Assembly: GCA_964016885.1 (NCBI GenBank)
Contig: OZ024741.1
Location: 65,286,001 to 65,350,000 of the forward strand
DNA from: Eledone cirrhosa
Taxonomy: Eukaryota
DNA: 64,000 nt
Direction: 5' to 3'
The notes beneath the pieces are model-generated. The model was not told the DNA's origin, searched no databases, and saw only the letters and a program-made list of their open reading frames with translations. How positions within the stretch are numbered: position 1 is the first letter of the stretch; each line of letters begins with the position of its first letter. Both the position numbers and the translations under genes were made by a program. Shown here in pieces: positions 14,073 to 26,914 of this stretch.

Positions 14073-15705
14073 TGCTTGTCTTTTGACCACTTTCTTCGTC
14101 TGACACCCCTTGTTTTTAGCATCTCAAAGTGAAAGGTAAAAAAAAAAATAAGACAGAAACTAAAATTAAAGATGGCTTTGTTTGTTTTTGTTATACTTGT
14201 ATTTTTTGTGCATTTCTTTTGACCACTCTCCTCATCTGACAACCATCTTGCTATTTTATTTTGTATCTCAAAATGACAGGTAAAAGATAATAAGACAGAA
14301 AATAAAATAAAAGTGAAGATGACTATTCTAGAAAAGCTTGATGGATCAAATATAATTCAAAGATACTATCAGCACGAAAAGACAACAGTTAAGATAATGC
14401 TAACATGCTTCTTAGAGGGAGCATTCAGAATCTAATCAATCATAATAATAGCCCATGTGTGTTTGTATATTTATCTATATCTCTGTCAGAAACTTTGTAC
14501 ACTCATACTCGCAATATATTTCCTATCTGTTATGTTGCTACAATAAAAAATTTACTTTCCAGTCACAAGGTCCACAGTTCTAATCCTATATTGAGGGAAG
14601 TTATTTTATTTAAAAATACTTAAATATATTCCTAGGATAAAATTACATAAAAATAATAAAGAATTTAATATTTAGTTAAATATATAAAGAAAGAAAGTAG
14701 TATTGGAAAGGAATATAAATGCTATGAGAGGAAAAGAAGGGAAAGAGCAAGGATCATTAGGCAATGAAAAGAGAGAAGGGGAGAGGGTTAGAGACTCTAC
14801 ACCTAAGTCAGAGTGGTGTTTTGGCTGAGCCCTGTGGACAAAATAGCAAAGGTATTTCCACGGACAATGGTCAGTGACACTTGCTGCAACTTTGACCCTG
14901 TAAATAGTTATTTCTCACGAAGTTGTTCATGCATTTAACCCCATATATCATTTGTATATACATGCTGAACATCTATGTAATTATATCCTAGAAATCAATT
15001 ATTTAAATATCATTTTTATCTCTAATCACTTCTATGTGTCAGTCATTAACATAAACTATAAGGTTTCTCTTATGTATGATATATTTAGTAATCCTGGTAT
15101 ATATATATATATAATTGGCATAACAAAAATTAAATACATTCGATGTTATTGCCATCCTTATTGACACCACTGGTCCACTAATAAGGAATAATTATGCAAT
15201 GCATAAATAGAATTTACTTAAAGAAAACGCTATTAGTCAATGACTGCTAACATTTTCATATTTCCTGACAAGTACAGGAGACAATTCTGGACATATTTCA
15301 GACTTATTCTGACCTCATTGAAACATAGACATGACCCCCCCCCCCCCATCACCACCACTATACTGGCCCAAATAATGGTCAATGAATCACAGAGTACAAA
15401 TGTAGAACATTGTTTCTTTGTTGGCATAAGTACATAGAATTGTTTAGAGAATAACTAATTTAAAACAACATCTGTTCGAAAATAATGAAAAGCACACACA
15501 CACACATACACACACATACATACACACACACACACAGACAGACAATCACACACACACAGACAGACAATCACACACACACACACATGTACAAAAGAACTGT
15601 GTTACAAACAGTGTAGGTATATTCGATTTACTGCTTCCTTACAAAATGGCCAGATGTTTCAACTATCATTTCTGCTGAGGAAACTGTTTGTACCTGTATG
15701 GAAAG

Positions 15706-15760
<55 letters not shown>

Positions 15761-15887
15761 AAAGTTCTATTTAAATTGTTGGGATACAACAAGTAAATAT
15801 TTTTATAACTGATATAAAGCACTCGACAAGTATTTGGAGTAGATATACGATATTAACAAATGGAAACTATATTTATAAAACCATATT

Positions 15888-15952
15888 TATTTCATTATAC
15901 ATATTTCAAGGATACCAAGTTAAATTATGGTATGCCTTCATCAGACAAAATA
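15888..15952 (-). ncRNA. Minimal type-I hammerhead ribozyme
   Basis: Minus strand: tattttgt CTGATGA agg-cataccataatttaacttggtat-cctt GAAA tatgta TA atgaaata. Stem I is 8 bp with two G-U pairs. Confidence 0.75.
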
Positions 15953-16101
15953 CAATATATATCAGTTTTATAAATAAGCATTGACGTACCCTTTCAAAAT
16001 GCGACCATTGACATACCCTTTCAAAATGCGACCATTACATAAGTAATGGTCGCATTTTGAAAGGGTACGTCAATGCTTATTTATAAAACTGATATATATT
16101 G

Positions 16102-16166
16102 TATTTTGTCTGATGTAGGCATACCATAATTTAACTTGGTATCCTTGAAATATGTATAATGAAATA
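16102..16166 (+). ncRNA. Hammerhead ribozyme copy with A9U core change (CTGATGT)
   Basis: Mirror of 15888-15952, differing at 16116. Confidence 0.6.
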
Positions 16167-16432
16167 AATATGGTTTTATAAATATAGTTTCCATTTGTTA
16201 ATATCGTATATATATACAGGGATTGTAACGTCCAGTTACTGTGTGAGTGTGCACATTTCTTCTTTCTTTTCTACTGCAAGATCACAGAATCCCCTTCCTG
16301 ATAGGTCCCCATATCTGTCAATCAAACTATAACTTTGCCTCGAAAGAGATCTTTTGAAATAAACTGAATTGAATTAGATTCATTTCTTCATCTGCCATCG
16401 AAAACCCTTATAATATTTGTACTCTACTTTTA

Positions 16433-16470
<38 letters not shown>

Positions 16471-16471
<1 letters not shown>

Positions 16472-17607
16472 CATCATCATTATCATCATCACCGTTTTAC
16501 GTCCGTTCTTCCATGCTAGCATGGGTTAGACGGGTTGTCCTGTTGTGGGCAGTGTCTGGTCAGCTGACCATGCCTTGCTCATACAGGAACTGATTTTGGC
16601 TTGATTTCTACAACTGGATGCCCTTCCTAACACCAACCTCATTTACAGTGAGTTTTTACGTGGTGCCTACACGTCCACTTTACAGTGTGGGCTGGGTGCT
16701 TTTTTGCTGTGGCACCTCCACGACCACTTTGCAGTGGGAGGGTGTGGGGGCATATTGTCTATATGCTTCAGCTTGTACCCATGGGAGGTCAGGTACTCTG
16801 TATTACTGCGTGACGCCTGAGGTCACGGTCGTGTGTCATCACCTTTGAGAGATGTAATTGGGTAAGGTCAACTTTTATCACCTCATCCCAGGTCTTCTTG
16901 GGTCTCCCCACTCCGTGGTTTCCATTGACTTCTAGTGCTCTGCACCTTTTTATGCAGTTGTCATCCTTCATACGCATCACATGTCCATACCAACGCAATC
17001 GCCTCTCCTGCACACAGCATTTTATTCCTCTTATGCTCAGTCTCTCTCAATTCATTTATGTTTTGCCGTTCACGTATATTACTATTACACATCCATCGGA
17101 GCATTGCAGGCTTCGTTTCTTTCTAATCTACGTAAGTCTTCCACCTTCAGCTGCCTTTTTGCAGCTAGCAGTGGTAGTAGTTCCCTGAACTTCTTCCATC
17201 CCGTTCTTACCCTAGTTATTGTACTTTCTGAACACCCACCTCCGCTGCTAATTTGGTCACCTAGGTAGCAGAAGCTGTCTACTATTTCTACAGAGCCCTC
17301 CCAGAGATTGGTGGTACTTGTTTCCTGTGGCTGTTTGCTGCTTGCTGTCTCAGCACAGCTGCTACATGTGAAGCCTACATTATTAATTAAGCTTCCTGAG
17401 ATCCTGCTAAATCTCTTGTGTACCCATTGTTTGTAGTTGGGGCAGAGAATGGAGTTCCTACCTACACCTTTCCTACATACTGAGCAAGGCCATTTCCCTG
17501 AGGGGATCTGGGTTCTGTTTTCTCGTCTACTTACAAGGACCTTAGTCTTTGTCATGTTGACTTTGAGCCCCTTTCTTTCTAGTCCCTTCTTCCAAGTTTG
17601 GAATTAT
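16471..17607 (-). mobile_element. RTE LINE (family 1 related), 5'-truncated and degenerate
   Basis: KTKVLV...GKWPCSVCRKGVGRNSILC...ERRLRWYGHVMRM, with an (ATC)n tail and (TA)n at both ends. Confidence 0.9.
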
Positions 17608-19406
17608 ATATATATATATATATATATATTATAAGGGTTTTCTGCCCTACCATTAAGCTTTTACTGTTTTGATGTCAGATGAAGTGAATCAAATTTAATT
17701 CGGTTTATTTCTAAAGTATATCTTTGGGGTTAAGGTTATAGCTTAATTGATAAATGTGGGGACCTATATCATCAAAACTGACTCTTCAGTTTTGTTGGGC
17801 ATGTGAAAAATCTATCTGAAAAATCTTTGACCCTAGTTAAGTACTGCTTTGGTCTGTAATGATCCATCCAAACCTTGCTAGCAAGGAAAATGCCTGTTAA
17901 ATGATAATGCTGTGAAGCAGGGTGTCCAATGCTCTACTGATACTGCCAATCCACCCTATGATATGTTAACTTATAATAAACAAACAAAAGTCTCACTATG
18001 AATGTTTTAATTATCATGCTGGCCACTGAGATAGCTGTGACATGATCCCAGCTTAAATCATTCATAGTGGGATACTTGTATACTTGTTATACATAAGCAT
18101 ATCATATATGCTGTCATATACTCTCTTAATGTTGTCTTAGTGCTACTGCTAATTAATCCTAGATATAATATGTTTGAAAAAATAAAAGATGGCATATTCA
18201 TGTCTGCACCCAACCAGGGCTCTAAGCACTTAACCTTTGTGATATCCACCTACCCAAAACTGATTCTGGTTTTCTGAAACAAAATCATCCATTTTAAAAT
18301 TCTTCATTAATTAAATTGAAGAAACAGAACATATTTCATTAGATATAAGGTCATGCAGGGTTAAAAAAGATTATATTATCCCTACCCTGTCCATATAACA
18401 AGTCTGCAAAAATAATTTTTTGGGGGAGAATGACAAATACATTTCATTTGAATAAAATGATACCTCCCTTTTCCTTTGATGTTGTAAGTGTGGGTATGGT
18501 GAGGTGTGCGGTGGCCGGAGGCTGGGGAGTGCTCGACTGGAAGAGTTCTTGACCAGAAGGGTGCTTGGCCGGAAGGGTGCTCGACCGGAAGGGCCAGCAG
18601 GTCGGTCTCTCTCTAGGGTGATCAGCAAACGTGGTGGACGTCAGTTTTGCAGCTCCCGGTTAACAAATTGGATTGTACGCACGTGTGAGAGGAGAAACCA
18701 GCCATTGGATTAGCGGCGCCTGCGAAAGCGGTAAGTGAAGTAGCTTTTTCTAATCACAGTAAGCATATGTTTATTCTGCTGAATGGTTAATCCAGCCCTG
18801 TCCTCTAGTAATTTAATCACAGGACAGATTGGTTAGAGATAACCTTAAGGCTAAACATCAGAAACAATAGAGACAATAATAACATCAATAATAACGGCAA
18901 TGACAACAACAATAATGAGATTGACATCGATTGCAATAATAACAACAACAACAGCCCCATGTCCACCTTGATGATGGTTCCACTGATATAGACTATGATG
19001 GTGACAGTTGTGATGAGGATGATGATGATGATGATGTGACAGTAACAAGAAAAACAACAAAACCCTATGATACTATGCTGCCACTGATGATGGTGATGAT
19101 CATGATCATGATTATGATGATGACAATCATCATAATGGTCATAACAACAACAGCAAAAACAAATAACAATGATGACATTGACAGCAATAACAAAAACAAC
19201 TCTGCCTGCAATGATGACGATGATGATGATGATAACAGCAACAACAAAAACAAAGATGACAGCAATAAAACCAATGATGAAAGTTGATGATGATGATAGC
19301 AATGATGATGATAATGACAACAGCAACAACAAAAACAATGATGATGGTGGTGATGTTGATGATGGTGGTGATGTTGATGATGGTGATGATGATGGTGGTG
19401 ATGATG

Positions 19407-19437
<31 letters not shown>

Positions 19438-19688
19438 CAATGATGGTGATGATGACATTGACAATGAGGATGATGATGGAGGTGATGTTGGTAATGATGG
19501 TGATGATGATGATGACGATGGCGGTGATGATGATGATAACGATGTTGACAATATTCTAATGTCTCCAGTGTTAATTAAAAACATCCAAATAAACATAGAC
19601 TAAATAATGAATCATGTGAAATGACCAAGAGTTTGGGTCAATATGTTCCAATAATGTCTTAGATACAATCAACAAACATTTCCTTTTA

Positions 19689-19743
<55 letters not shown>

Positions 19744-19839
19744 CATATATATAAAAAAAAAATACATATATATGTATATATATATAAATGGTAATTAGAG
19801 TTAGGTTTCTGTATACATAGTAATTTTGCTGGCTTTTCA

Positions 19840-20111
19840 AATTGTGGTGTGCAGGAGAGAAGGCTGAGATGGTAGGGACATGTGATGTGCATAGAGGATG
19901 ACCGCTGGGTGAAGAAGTGCCAGGAAGTCCCAGTGGAGGGAAGACGCAATAGAGGTAGACCACGAAAAACATGGGCGGAGGTGGTGTGAGCAGATTTCAG
20001 AGCACTGAAACTCACCGAGAACGACCGTGACAAATGGAGAGATGCCGTGCTGAATAGGACCTGTCCAACCCTTGCAAGCAGGGAAAAGCTGACGTAAAAT
20101 GATGATGATGA

Positions 20112-20113
<2 letters not shown>
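19840..20113 (+). mobile_element. RTE 3' fragment
   Basis: Frame reads ERRLRW*GHVMC...RGRPRKTWAEVV, followed by a (GAT)n tail. A shorter copy lies at about 37778-37990. Confidence 0.75.
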
Positions 20114-20148
<35 letters not shown>

Positions 20149-20391
20149 AATATATATATATATATATATATATAAGCCAGCAAAATTACTATGGATACAG
20201 AAACCTAACTTTAATTAACATTCACTCCCACCCCATACAGACAGACACAAGCACATACACACTACATACATACATACAAACATGTACATCCATGTATAGG
20301 TATTCATATGCACATACACATACTGATAACATTCTATATGTGTGTGTGTGTGTATGTATATATGTGTATATGTTTACATATATATATATAT

Positions 20392-20770
20392 AGGGTTGGT
20401 GGAAAGAAAGAAACTCCCTATTGAAGATTACTTATAACCTTTGGCCTGCTGTAACCACTTTGGACAACATAAATGATCTCATATTTATGCAAGATCAGGC
20501 CCCTTCTCATTTTGCATGCACTGTCCGAGAGTGGCTTACTGACCAAATTCCAGGACATTGGCTGGGTCATCAAGGTCCACATGAGTGGCCAGCAAAGAAA
20601 CCGTGTGATTTATTTTTTTCCTATGGGGGTGGTCAAAAGAAGAATTTTATAGCTCAAAACCAAAAACTCTAATTCAATTGGAGGAATGCCTTTGTGATGT
20701 ACTGACCAACATACTGCCTGAGTTCCAGATAAAGTCAGTCCAAGATATACTCAGACAATTACAAACTATA
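20392..20770 (+). mobile_element. Tc1/mariner transposase relic (DDD/E domain C-terminal part)
   Basis: IFMQDQAPSHFACTVREWLTDQIPGHWLGHQGPHEWPA..PCDLFF resembles FQQDGAPxH...WIGRxGPxxWPPRSPDLTPCDFFLWG. Confidence 0.8.
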
Positions 20771-21491
20771 CAATTACTGTACTTCTACCAAATTACTGGT
20801 CTTGTGCCTAAATGAGAAACCATTATAATAGTGAAGATGGTAGATTTGCAGGATTATTTGTGTTGGACAAAATGCCTAGTGTCATTTATTTATGGCTCTT
20901 TATGTCCTGAGTTCAAATCCCACTGAGGTTAACTTTGCCTTTCATGCATCCAAGGTTGATAAAATAAAGTACCAGTTATGCACTAGGGTCAATATAATAG
21001 ACTTTCCACCTCCCTCAATTTTCTTGTCTTGTGCCAATGTTAGAAACTATTATGGTTGATTATAGTTAGGTTTGGCAGAAGGGGGTTGTGTGGTGGTGGT
21101 GGTGGTGGTGGTGATGGTTGTGGTGGTGGTGGTGGTGATGGTTATGGTGATGGTTGTGAGGGTGCTGGTGGTGACGGTGGTGGTGGTGATGGTGGTGGTA
21201 TTGGTGAAAATTGAGATAAGAAATTGATGTAATGAGGATGCTGCTGGTAGTGGGTGGTGTTAAAGATTGGTGGTGGTGGTGGTGGTGGTGGGTGGTGGTA
21301 GTTTTGGAGAAAGTTGAAGTAGATGCAGGCATCATGCTGGAGGTAATTGTGGTATTGGTAGTAGTGGTGGTGGTGGTGGATGATGGTTGTATTGATGATA
21401 GTGATGAAAGGTTGATGTAGTTGTAATGATGGGGATGATGGTGGTTGTATAGGTGTTGTTTCTGAAGCTGCTTTCAGTGATACTGTTGGAG

Positions 21492-21523
<32 letters not shown>

Positions 21524-21793
21524 GGTGGCAGTAGTGGGGGGGGGGGGGGGTGGCAAAGCAGAAGAGAGATATAATGAGCTTATCTTTATTAAAGCTTATT
21601 ACTTTGAGCCATTTTTAGGATTTCTTCATTTTCTGAACACTGGTGTGTATTTGTGTGTATACAGGTATGTATGCATGTATGCATGTATGTATGTCTGTAT
21701 GTGTGTATGCGTATTTCTATGTGAATGCATTGAAATGTGTGCACATACAAGCCTGTATATGATTAGTTGCTTATCAATATGTATAAATGTGTG

Positions 21794-21835
<42 letters not shown>

Positions 21836-24321
21836 AACTATGTGTGTTTTGGAATGTGCATACATATGACTATGTGTCTTGTATGTGAAAGCTGATGTGT
21901 GTGGTGTGCATATGTACACCTCTGTGCTTATGTATACACACTTATACTCTCACATATGTGTGCACATATATGCACTTGTATAGCATGTATAAATATACAC
22001 ACACAAACACACACATATATTTATACATACCCACACACATACATTCATACAAATACACACATGTATATGTATGTGGTTATGTATATGTGTGTGTGTATCG
22101 ACAGTCGATCGACTTTCGTCAAATCGGACCGAGGAAACAATGTTTCCGTTGGTCTTTCCAATTGCTAATACTATCTATCGGTTGCAACTCCAGGTAGATG
22201 GAGCAACATGAAATAAAGTGTCTTGCTCAAGGACATAATGCATCTCTCAGTCCAGGAATCAAACTCACAACCTCACAATTGCGAATCCAATTCTCTAACC
22301 ACTCAGCCACACAAATCATCTTCATCATAGAGTAGAGAGGGTTCTTAAGCGTGTCAATGACTGACAACCCCCCTAGTGTCGGTACCATGATAAAACAGAC
22401 CCAGTACACCTTGTAAGGTGGTTGGAAATAAGAAGAGCATTCAGTGATAGAAATCATATCAAAAAGGGTTGAAAGGATCCTTGAGTTGTGTCAAGGGAAT
22501 AACAACCTCTCTAGAGTTGGAGACACGATAATACACATCCAGTACACTCCGTAAAGTGGTTAGTGATAGGAAGAGTATCCAGCCATAGGAAACTTAACAA
22601 AGAAAGGATAGGTAGGATTCTTCAGTTGTGTCAAGGACAAGAAGACCTATCTAGTACTGGTGCTATGATAAATGACATGGTGCACTGTGTAGAGAGTGAG
22701 AATATATGTATGTAATGAATATGAGATTCCAGCCCACCTGAGATATGAGGTTCCGATTAAGTACTGATTTGATCAGTGATGACCAATTCCGTCCTTGCTA
22801 GCAGAGAAAATGAATGATAAGTTATGACAATGATAATATCCTAATTATTTAATATACAGTCTGAGTCATAAGTAACTGGGCAGACAATGCATTTTTATTG
22901 CAAGGTTCACAGATAACTTTATGAACATCCACTTATTTGTGTGTGATCACCCATGGTTATATGTTTTTAACTACTTTTGATTGATGTATTTATAATTTTG
23001 TAATGTATGACCAGAATTTTAGTAAATATTGTCATTTGGACTACTCAGTTACTTATGACTCACCTGTATATATGTATAAAGTGGTTGTGTAGGTGTCATG
23101 ACAAAAAGTGCCCAGCTCACACTGTAAAGTGGTTGTGTAGGTGTCACGACAAAAAGCACCCCAACCTGATCTCTCACAAAGGAACAGCCTGTGATGATGA
23201 TATATATATATGATGGAAATTGACTGAAAAATTAGTATGATATGACCATTGCTTCTTAATAGTCTGTAAAATAATAATGACTTTTTAGCTCAGGTGGTGG
23301 TTCACAGCTTTTCTGACAATATTTAGATAAATGCCTGAGCTCAGTTAAATGCAATGTAAAATCATGACAATTAACTATTGCACTCAGATATACAGATGTC
23401 CCTTTAGGCAACCAATATAAAGACAACATTTGTTACATGATTGGCAGACATAAATCCTTTTATATTGTGGCAATGATTTATTAATTAGCTTCCTTTGGTT
23501 TGTGAAGTGGTTAACAAAACCAGCCTTAAAGAAGTGAATTGAATTACAAGTTGAACTTCTGAGGGATATACTAATATCTACACTTAACTGTATATATGCA
23601 TGTGTCTGTATGTGTGTATATATATGTCAGGTCACTCTGTAGTGCTACAGGTAACATGTAACACAGTACAATCTGTGCATGGTCAGGTCGTTGGTGCCTA
23701 AACGGGCAACCCCACCAAGCTTGCTTGGTGAGGAGGGTGATTTTGGTCACCCGGTAAGTTGAAAAACAGATTCCATCAAAGGAGGGAGGAACTCAGGAAA
23801 GTCAACAGCCATCCAATAAAGTATTATTTGTTTTTGTTTTTGGTTCTTTTCTGTGGAGCAAAAGGTTCCTAATCTTCATTAAAACATCTCTCTAGGTGAA
23901 GGTCACTCTGATATAAAACCTACGACTTCGTTTGCATCCAATGATGTAGACCAGTTCTTCTTTTTGGGAAAATGCATTCAATGTTCAGAGAAAGCAAAGG
24001 CTTTCCTCACTAAAAAAAGCTCCAAGCACAGGCATTGCTTGATATGTGACATTTTTTGTGATGCATGGCATTGCTGTTCAGAACTAAAAAGCTACATCTG
24101 TGATGCTCATGTTTAAGTATCAAGTGATGGCATTACTCAATGACTTGCAGCCACAACATATACACAAACCTTCCCTCTCAATTTTACTTTGGAAAATCAT
24201 AAGAACTGTGAAACCGGTAAAGTAAATAAATATTCTTAAAAGACTCCAGTTGCATTTTCAATTTCTTTTCCTTATATATATATATATGTGTGTGTATATA
24301 TATATATAAGGAAACAAGCTG

Positions 24322-24354
<33 letters not shown>

Positions 24355-24360
24355 CATATA

Positions 24361-24665
24361 TCATCATCATCATTTTACGTCCGCTTTTTCCCTGCTTGCA
24401 AGGGTGGGATGGGAACTGATTCTGGCTTGATTTCTACAGCTGGATGCCCTTCCTAACACCAACCTCATTTACAGTGAGTGCTGGGTGCTTTTTTGCCGTG
24501 GCACCTCCACGACCACTTTGTAGTGGAATGATATGGACCCCAGCCCCTATCATCTCATTTCTACAGCTGAGTAAACTGGAGCAATGTGAAATAAAGTGTC
24601 TTGAGAATTGAACTCACAACCTTTCGATTGCAAAGCCAATGCTCTAACCACTAAGCCATGTGCCT
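24361..24665 (-). mobile_element. SINE family B (tRNA head, V-domain-like body, RTE-like tail)
   Basis: Minus strand: GGCACATGGCTTAGTGGTTAGAGC...GAGTTCAATTCTC, ending in (GAT)n. Confidence 0.85.
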
Positions 24666-25303
24666 TTATACATATATATATATATGTATAAACAAAATAA
24701 CATTACAGATAGAAGTTCTTAAATAATTTAATCTTTACAACTGTTTTGACAAAATTTTCATTAAATACATAACTAGGATAGACAAAATGTGATCAGTAAT
24801 AATAATAATAATGAAAGTGTGAGGAAGAATACTTATACTTTACACCTAATATGTATTTAAATAGGAATGTATCTCATCAGAAGATTAAAGAATCAGTGTC
24901 AAGAAAAGATCTGTAAATGCAAGTACAAGGAGCAGAACATGGCAACTACATCTCTACCGAAATATAAGTATATATCTGTAGCAACTACATCTCTACTGAA
25001 ATATAAGTATATATCTGTAAGTGCATAAACACATTGAGCTTAACTCTAAGAGTATGTTTTTCTTATATATTATTGAATATTATTAAATATACATAAACTA
25101 CACTTTAGCTGCACAATAGTCGGCGAAACTGTGCAGTTGGGGTTACAATGAAAAATTAGGTAAATTTTATCTATTTATTCTTCACACTTATAATCATAAA
25201 TAGCTCTGATTAATTTATTATTTATTTAATTCAGGATACGAAGAAAAATGAGGTAAAGTTTGTCTATTTGTTCTTCACACTTATAATTATATATATATAT
25301 ATA

Positions 25304-26119
25304 CTAGCAGCAGTACCCAGCGTTGCCTAGGTAGATAAAATAATATCTGCTTTGATGAAAAGGTGTTGATCTTAGCGACTGCTCTCGATGACTCATCTAT
25401 GGCCACACACAGGCCATGCGGGGGAGGGTGGTGATGACCTCTATCACTGAGAAACGCGGGTGACTGACGAAGGGGAATGCTGGGGGAAGGAGTTTTGAAT
25501 TTGAACGAAATCGGTTGAAAAATGTGGGAGCTAGAGCCGAAAAGGCGGAAATTTGAGCGAAAAGGTGGTATTTTCGAATATTTAAGCGGCTGCCACGCCG
25601 TTCCTGAACAAAAAATCCAAAATGTAAAGCCACTTTAAGGCGTGAAATAATCAGATCTAGGGTAGTGTAAATTTTGAACAAAGTAGGTTGATTAATGTGG
25701 GAGCTGGAGCCGAAAAAGTGAAAATTTGAGTCTAAAAGTGGAATTTTTGAATATTTAAGCGGCTGCCACGTCGTCCCTGAACAACAAATGCAAAATATAA
25801 AGCCATTACAGGATGTGCAATGATAAATTCTATTTTGCTTTAAAATTTGAACGAAATCGGTGGCAAAATGTGGGAGCTAGAGCCAAAAATCTTATTTTTC
25901 GATACCTTAAAAAAGGTGACCCCCCTATCGATTTTTATCTGCAGAATGACCCCGGAATAAAAAAAAACGATACGCTGATATATAGAAAACACTTCCCGAT
26001 GACTATTCTATGAGCCTGTAAAGTTTCATGAAAATCGCTCGTAAGATGTAGGCCCCTATAGGTAATACACAGACCCACAGACACACACACACACATACTT
26101 AATTTTATATATATACAGA
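25304..26119 (-). mobile_element. Non-autonomous Helitron (Lep1-like)
   Basis: Minus strand begins A|TC and ends with a CCTAGGCAACGCTGGG hairpin and CTAG|T. Three internal copies of a 172-bp subrepeat start near 25498, 25670 and 25843. Confidence 0.75.
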
Positions 26120-26137
26120 TATATATATACACATATA

Positions 26138-26227
<90 letters not shown>

Positions 26228-26240
26228 CATAAACACACAC

Positions 26241-26283
<43 letters not shown>

Positions 26284-26339
26284 TTGAAAAAAATGAAAAC
26301 GAAATTTCATTTCTCACTCTTAGTATGGCACTTACTTAA

Positions 26340-26397
26340 ATGTAAGTATGTATGTATACGTACATACATATATGTATACAGACGTACAGTAGCATGC

Positions 26398-26428
<31 letters not shown>

Positions 26429-26898
26429 CACATATGCATACAGGTACACATACATATATGCACGCATCAGTTTAGCCGACGTTTATTATAACGCCGGCCG
26501 CTTTGTTCGTTTGTTTGTCAACAAACCGAACAGCCTGAATTTATGCCATACGGTGTTAAGGCAACCACGTCACCTTTTTGTTCAACACTGACACAGGAAC
26601 GATGTACTAGTTTCAAGCTTGTTAGCTATCATCAGCACCGTTTACCCATCTGCCAGATAGTTGAACGTTCGAAAGTATATACTTTCCTTATGAAAATTAA
26701 CCGCTGAGCAGTTCGGTTTGTTGACAAACAAACGAACAAAGCGGCCGGCGTTATAATAAACGTCGGCTAAACTGATGCGTGCATATATGTATGTGTACCT
26801 GTATGCATATGTGTATGTATATATATATATATATATATATGCATGCTACTGTACGTCTGTATACATATATGTATGTACGTATACATACATACTTACAT
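26340..26898. repeat. Inverted repeat (26340-26531 / 26711-26898) with about 180-bp spacer
   Basis: Arms are near-perfect reverse complements, including the unique GCCGACGTTTATTATAACGCCGGCCGC segment. Confidence 0.9.
26598..26642 (-). ncRNA. Minimal type-I hammerhead ribozyme
   Basis: Minus strand: aacggtg CTGATGA t-agc-taacaa-gct-t GAAA CTAG TA catcgtt. Stem I is 7 bp and loop III is palindromic. Confidence 0.85.
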
Positions 26899-26914
26899 AT
26901 ATATATATATATAT

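Larger units (their letters stand above)
15843..16211. repeat. Fold-back palindrome, arms about 170 bp, 4-nt loop ATAA (16039-16042)
   Basis: The right arm is the reverse complement of the left arm. The left arm carries an extra 27-bp tandem duplication (CATTGACRTACCCTTTCAAAATGCGAC). Confidence 0.9.
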
